A stretch of DNA of 64,000 nt, from positions 1 through 64,000 of the IMG/VR virus record IMGVR_UViG_3300034108_000503. One strand, given 5' to 3'. Shown one piece after another: positions 62,991 to 64,000 of this stretch (the first letter of the stretch is position 1; each line of letters opens with the position of its first letter). Under the pieces are notes generated by a model. It searched no databases and had not been told where the DNA came from. It worked only from the letters and a program-made list of their open reading frames with translations. Both the position numbers and the translations under genes were made by a program. This stretch comes from a virus.

Positions 62991-64000
62991 ATGCCAGACA
63001 CACCATCAGAATCAGTAGGATCATCGGAAGGCAGCTTTCTTTCCGTGATGAGCGGAGTCATCGACTCCATGAGTCAGTCGCCGGGAGCAATTAGTATCCC
63101 GGTTCCACAACAGCAGGAAGAGGCTCCGCAGGAAGCACCGAAGGAGACGCCAGTCGAAGAAACCAAGCAGACGGAATCCAAGCCAGTCAAGAAAGGCGTT
63201 GATGCCCTTCTGGATGACGCTCCGGATCAGGAGCAGGATCAGCAGAAGACTGAAGCCACCGAAGACGCCGAGGAGATCCCGGAGAACATTAAGGACAATC
63301 CAAAGGCCGTTGCCAAGTGGGGTGAGATCCGAGCCGAGAAGAAGGCTCTCGAAAAGAAACTCGCCCAAGCCGAAGCCCAGCTTGCCGAGAAGTCCAAGCT
63401 CCAGGACGCAGATCCTCTCCGCAAGGAAGCGGAAGAGTACAAGCAGAAGTACGAAGAACTGGAGAAGGAAGCGGCAACGTGGCGGATTGAAAAGACATCC
63501 GCGTACCGTACCGAAATCACTGAGCCTCTGCTTCAGATTGAAGACGAGGTAACCGAGATCGCCAAGAAGCACGACATTGATGCCGACAAACTCCTCGCTG
63601 CGTTCAATGAGTCAGACCCTGCATCCAGAGAAAAGATGCTGGAGGAACTCACCGAGTTCATGTCCCAGTCCTCGCGCTACGAGACATTCGCCCTCAATAA
63701 GAAGTGCCTGAGTGTATTCAAGCGTGCCGGGGAACTTCAGGCGAACGCACAGGCTGCGATGAAGGAGATCATGGAGCGGGAGCAGGTGATGAGCCAGCAA
63801 TCCAAGACCGAAGCGAAAGCCCAGGAGATGCGTGCGATTGAAGCGAATCTCGAAAAGATCAAGAAGGTCGCCGCAGACTTTGTCGCCAAGGATCAGTCTC
63901 CAGAGAAGTTCATTGAGGAATTGAAAAACGAGGCAAGCGAAACGTCGTTCGACGACCTCTCCCCGGAAGACAAAGCATTCGCTGTGATTGCATCCACAAG
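62991..64000 (+). CDS. Probable capsid scaffolding protein (3'-partial; absent from the ORF track because it has no stop in the window)
   Basis: ATG at 62991 after an A/C-rich leader. Acidic disordered N-terminus followed by an E/K coiled coil; reads open to the window end. Confidence 0.7.
   Translation, partial: MPDTPSESVGSSEGSFLSVMSGVIDSMSQSPGAISIPVPQQQEEAPQEAPKETPVEETKQTESKPVKKGVDALLDDAPDQEQDQQKTEATEDAEEIPENIKDNPKAVAKWGEIRAEKKALEKKLAQAEAQLAEKSKLQDADPLRKEAEEYKQKYEELEKEAATWRIEKTSAYRTEITEPLLQIEDEVTEIAKKHDIDADKLLAAFNESDPASREKMLEELTEFMSQSSRYETFALNKKCLSVFKRAGELQANAQAAMKEIMEREQVMSQQSKTEAKAQEMRAIEANLEKIKKVAADFVAKDQSPEKFIEELKNEASETSFDDLSPEDKAFAVIAST

Noticed and set aside
1-64000. Alternative genetic code, DGR/retron, integrase, tRNAs
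   Set aside because: Conserved genes are intact under code 11. No reverse transcriptase, recombinase or tRNA cloverleaf was found by eye. tRNAscan was not run, and the rest of the genome is outside the window.

Overview
This window is most of a dsDNA tailed-phage genome, apparently opened at an arbitrary point, with podovirus-like virion genes. No host chromosomal genes, tRNAs or CRISPR arrays were seen. On the + strand, 1-24441 holds tail/virion genes (SGNH tail-spike fragment, holin-like protein, fibre-like proteins, probable ejection proteins) and a 4907-aa polyvalent protein. That protein carries a Strawberry-notch-type SF2 helicase, three HExxH metallopeptidase-like modules, an ART-like module, an LPD23-like module and an E3-binding/PSBD-like motif. 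On the - strand, 24596-54674 holds replication and recombination genes (DUF3127 SSB, DnaB, initiator with iteron array, RuvC, RecE-like exonuclease, probable annealase, SNase), a PAPS-reductase-like protein, an early region of many small genes, a ~1.1-kb non-coding block that is the probable physical genome end (42.63-43.76 kb), a Tad2-like anti-defence protein, an XRE regulator, an M15 endolysin, folA-thyA and a MazG-like gene. On the + strand, 54766-64000 holds an HNH-AP2 gene, a ~0.9-kb highly structured non-coding region, large terminase, portal and a partial scaffold-like gene. The major capsid gene is presumably just outside the window. The most notable observations are: the structured RNA candidate with complementary loops (57.17-57.70 kb); the cassette-like build of the giant protein, with a repeated S-x-[SA]-R-G junction and direct repeats; a PSBD-like motif; a stand-alone peptide resembling the ribonucleotide-reductase C-terminal Cys tail; a 14-bp operator motif recurring at intergenic sites; and conserved early-operon hairpins. 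All family assignments are from motif recognition by eye, not database searches.
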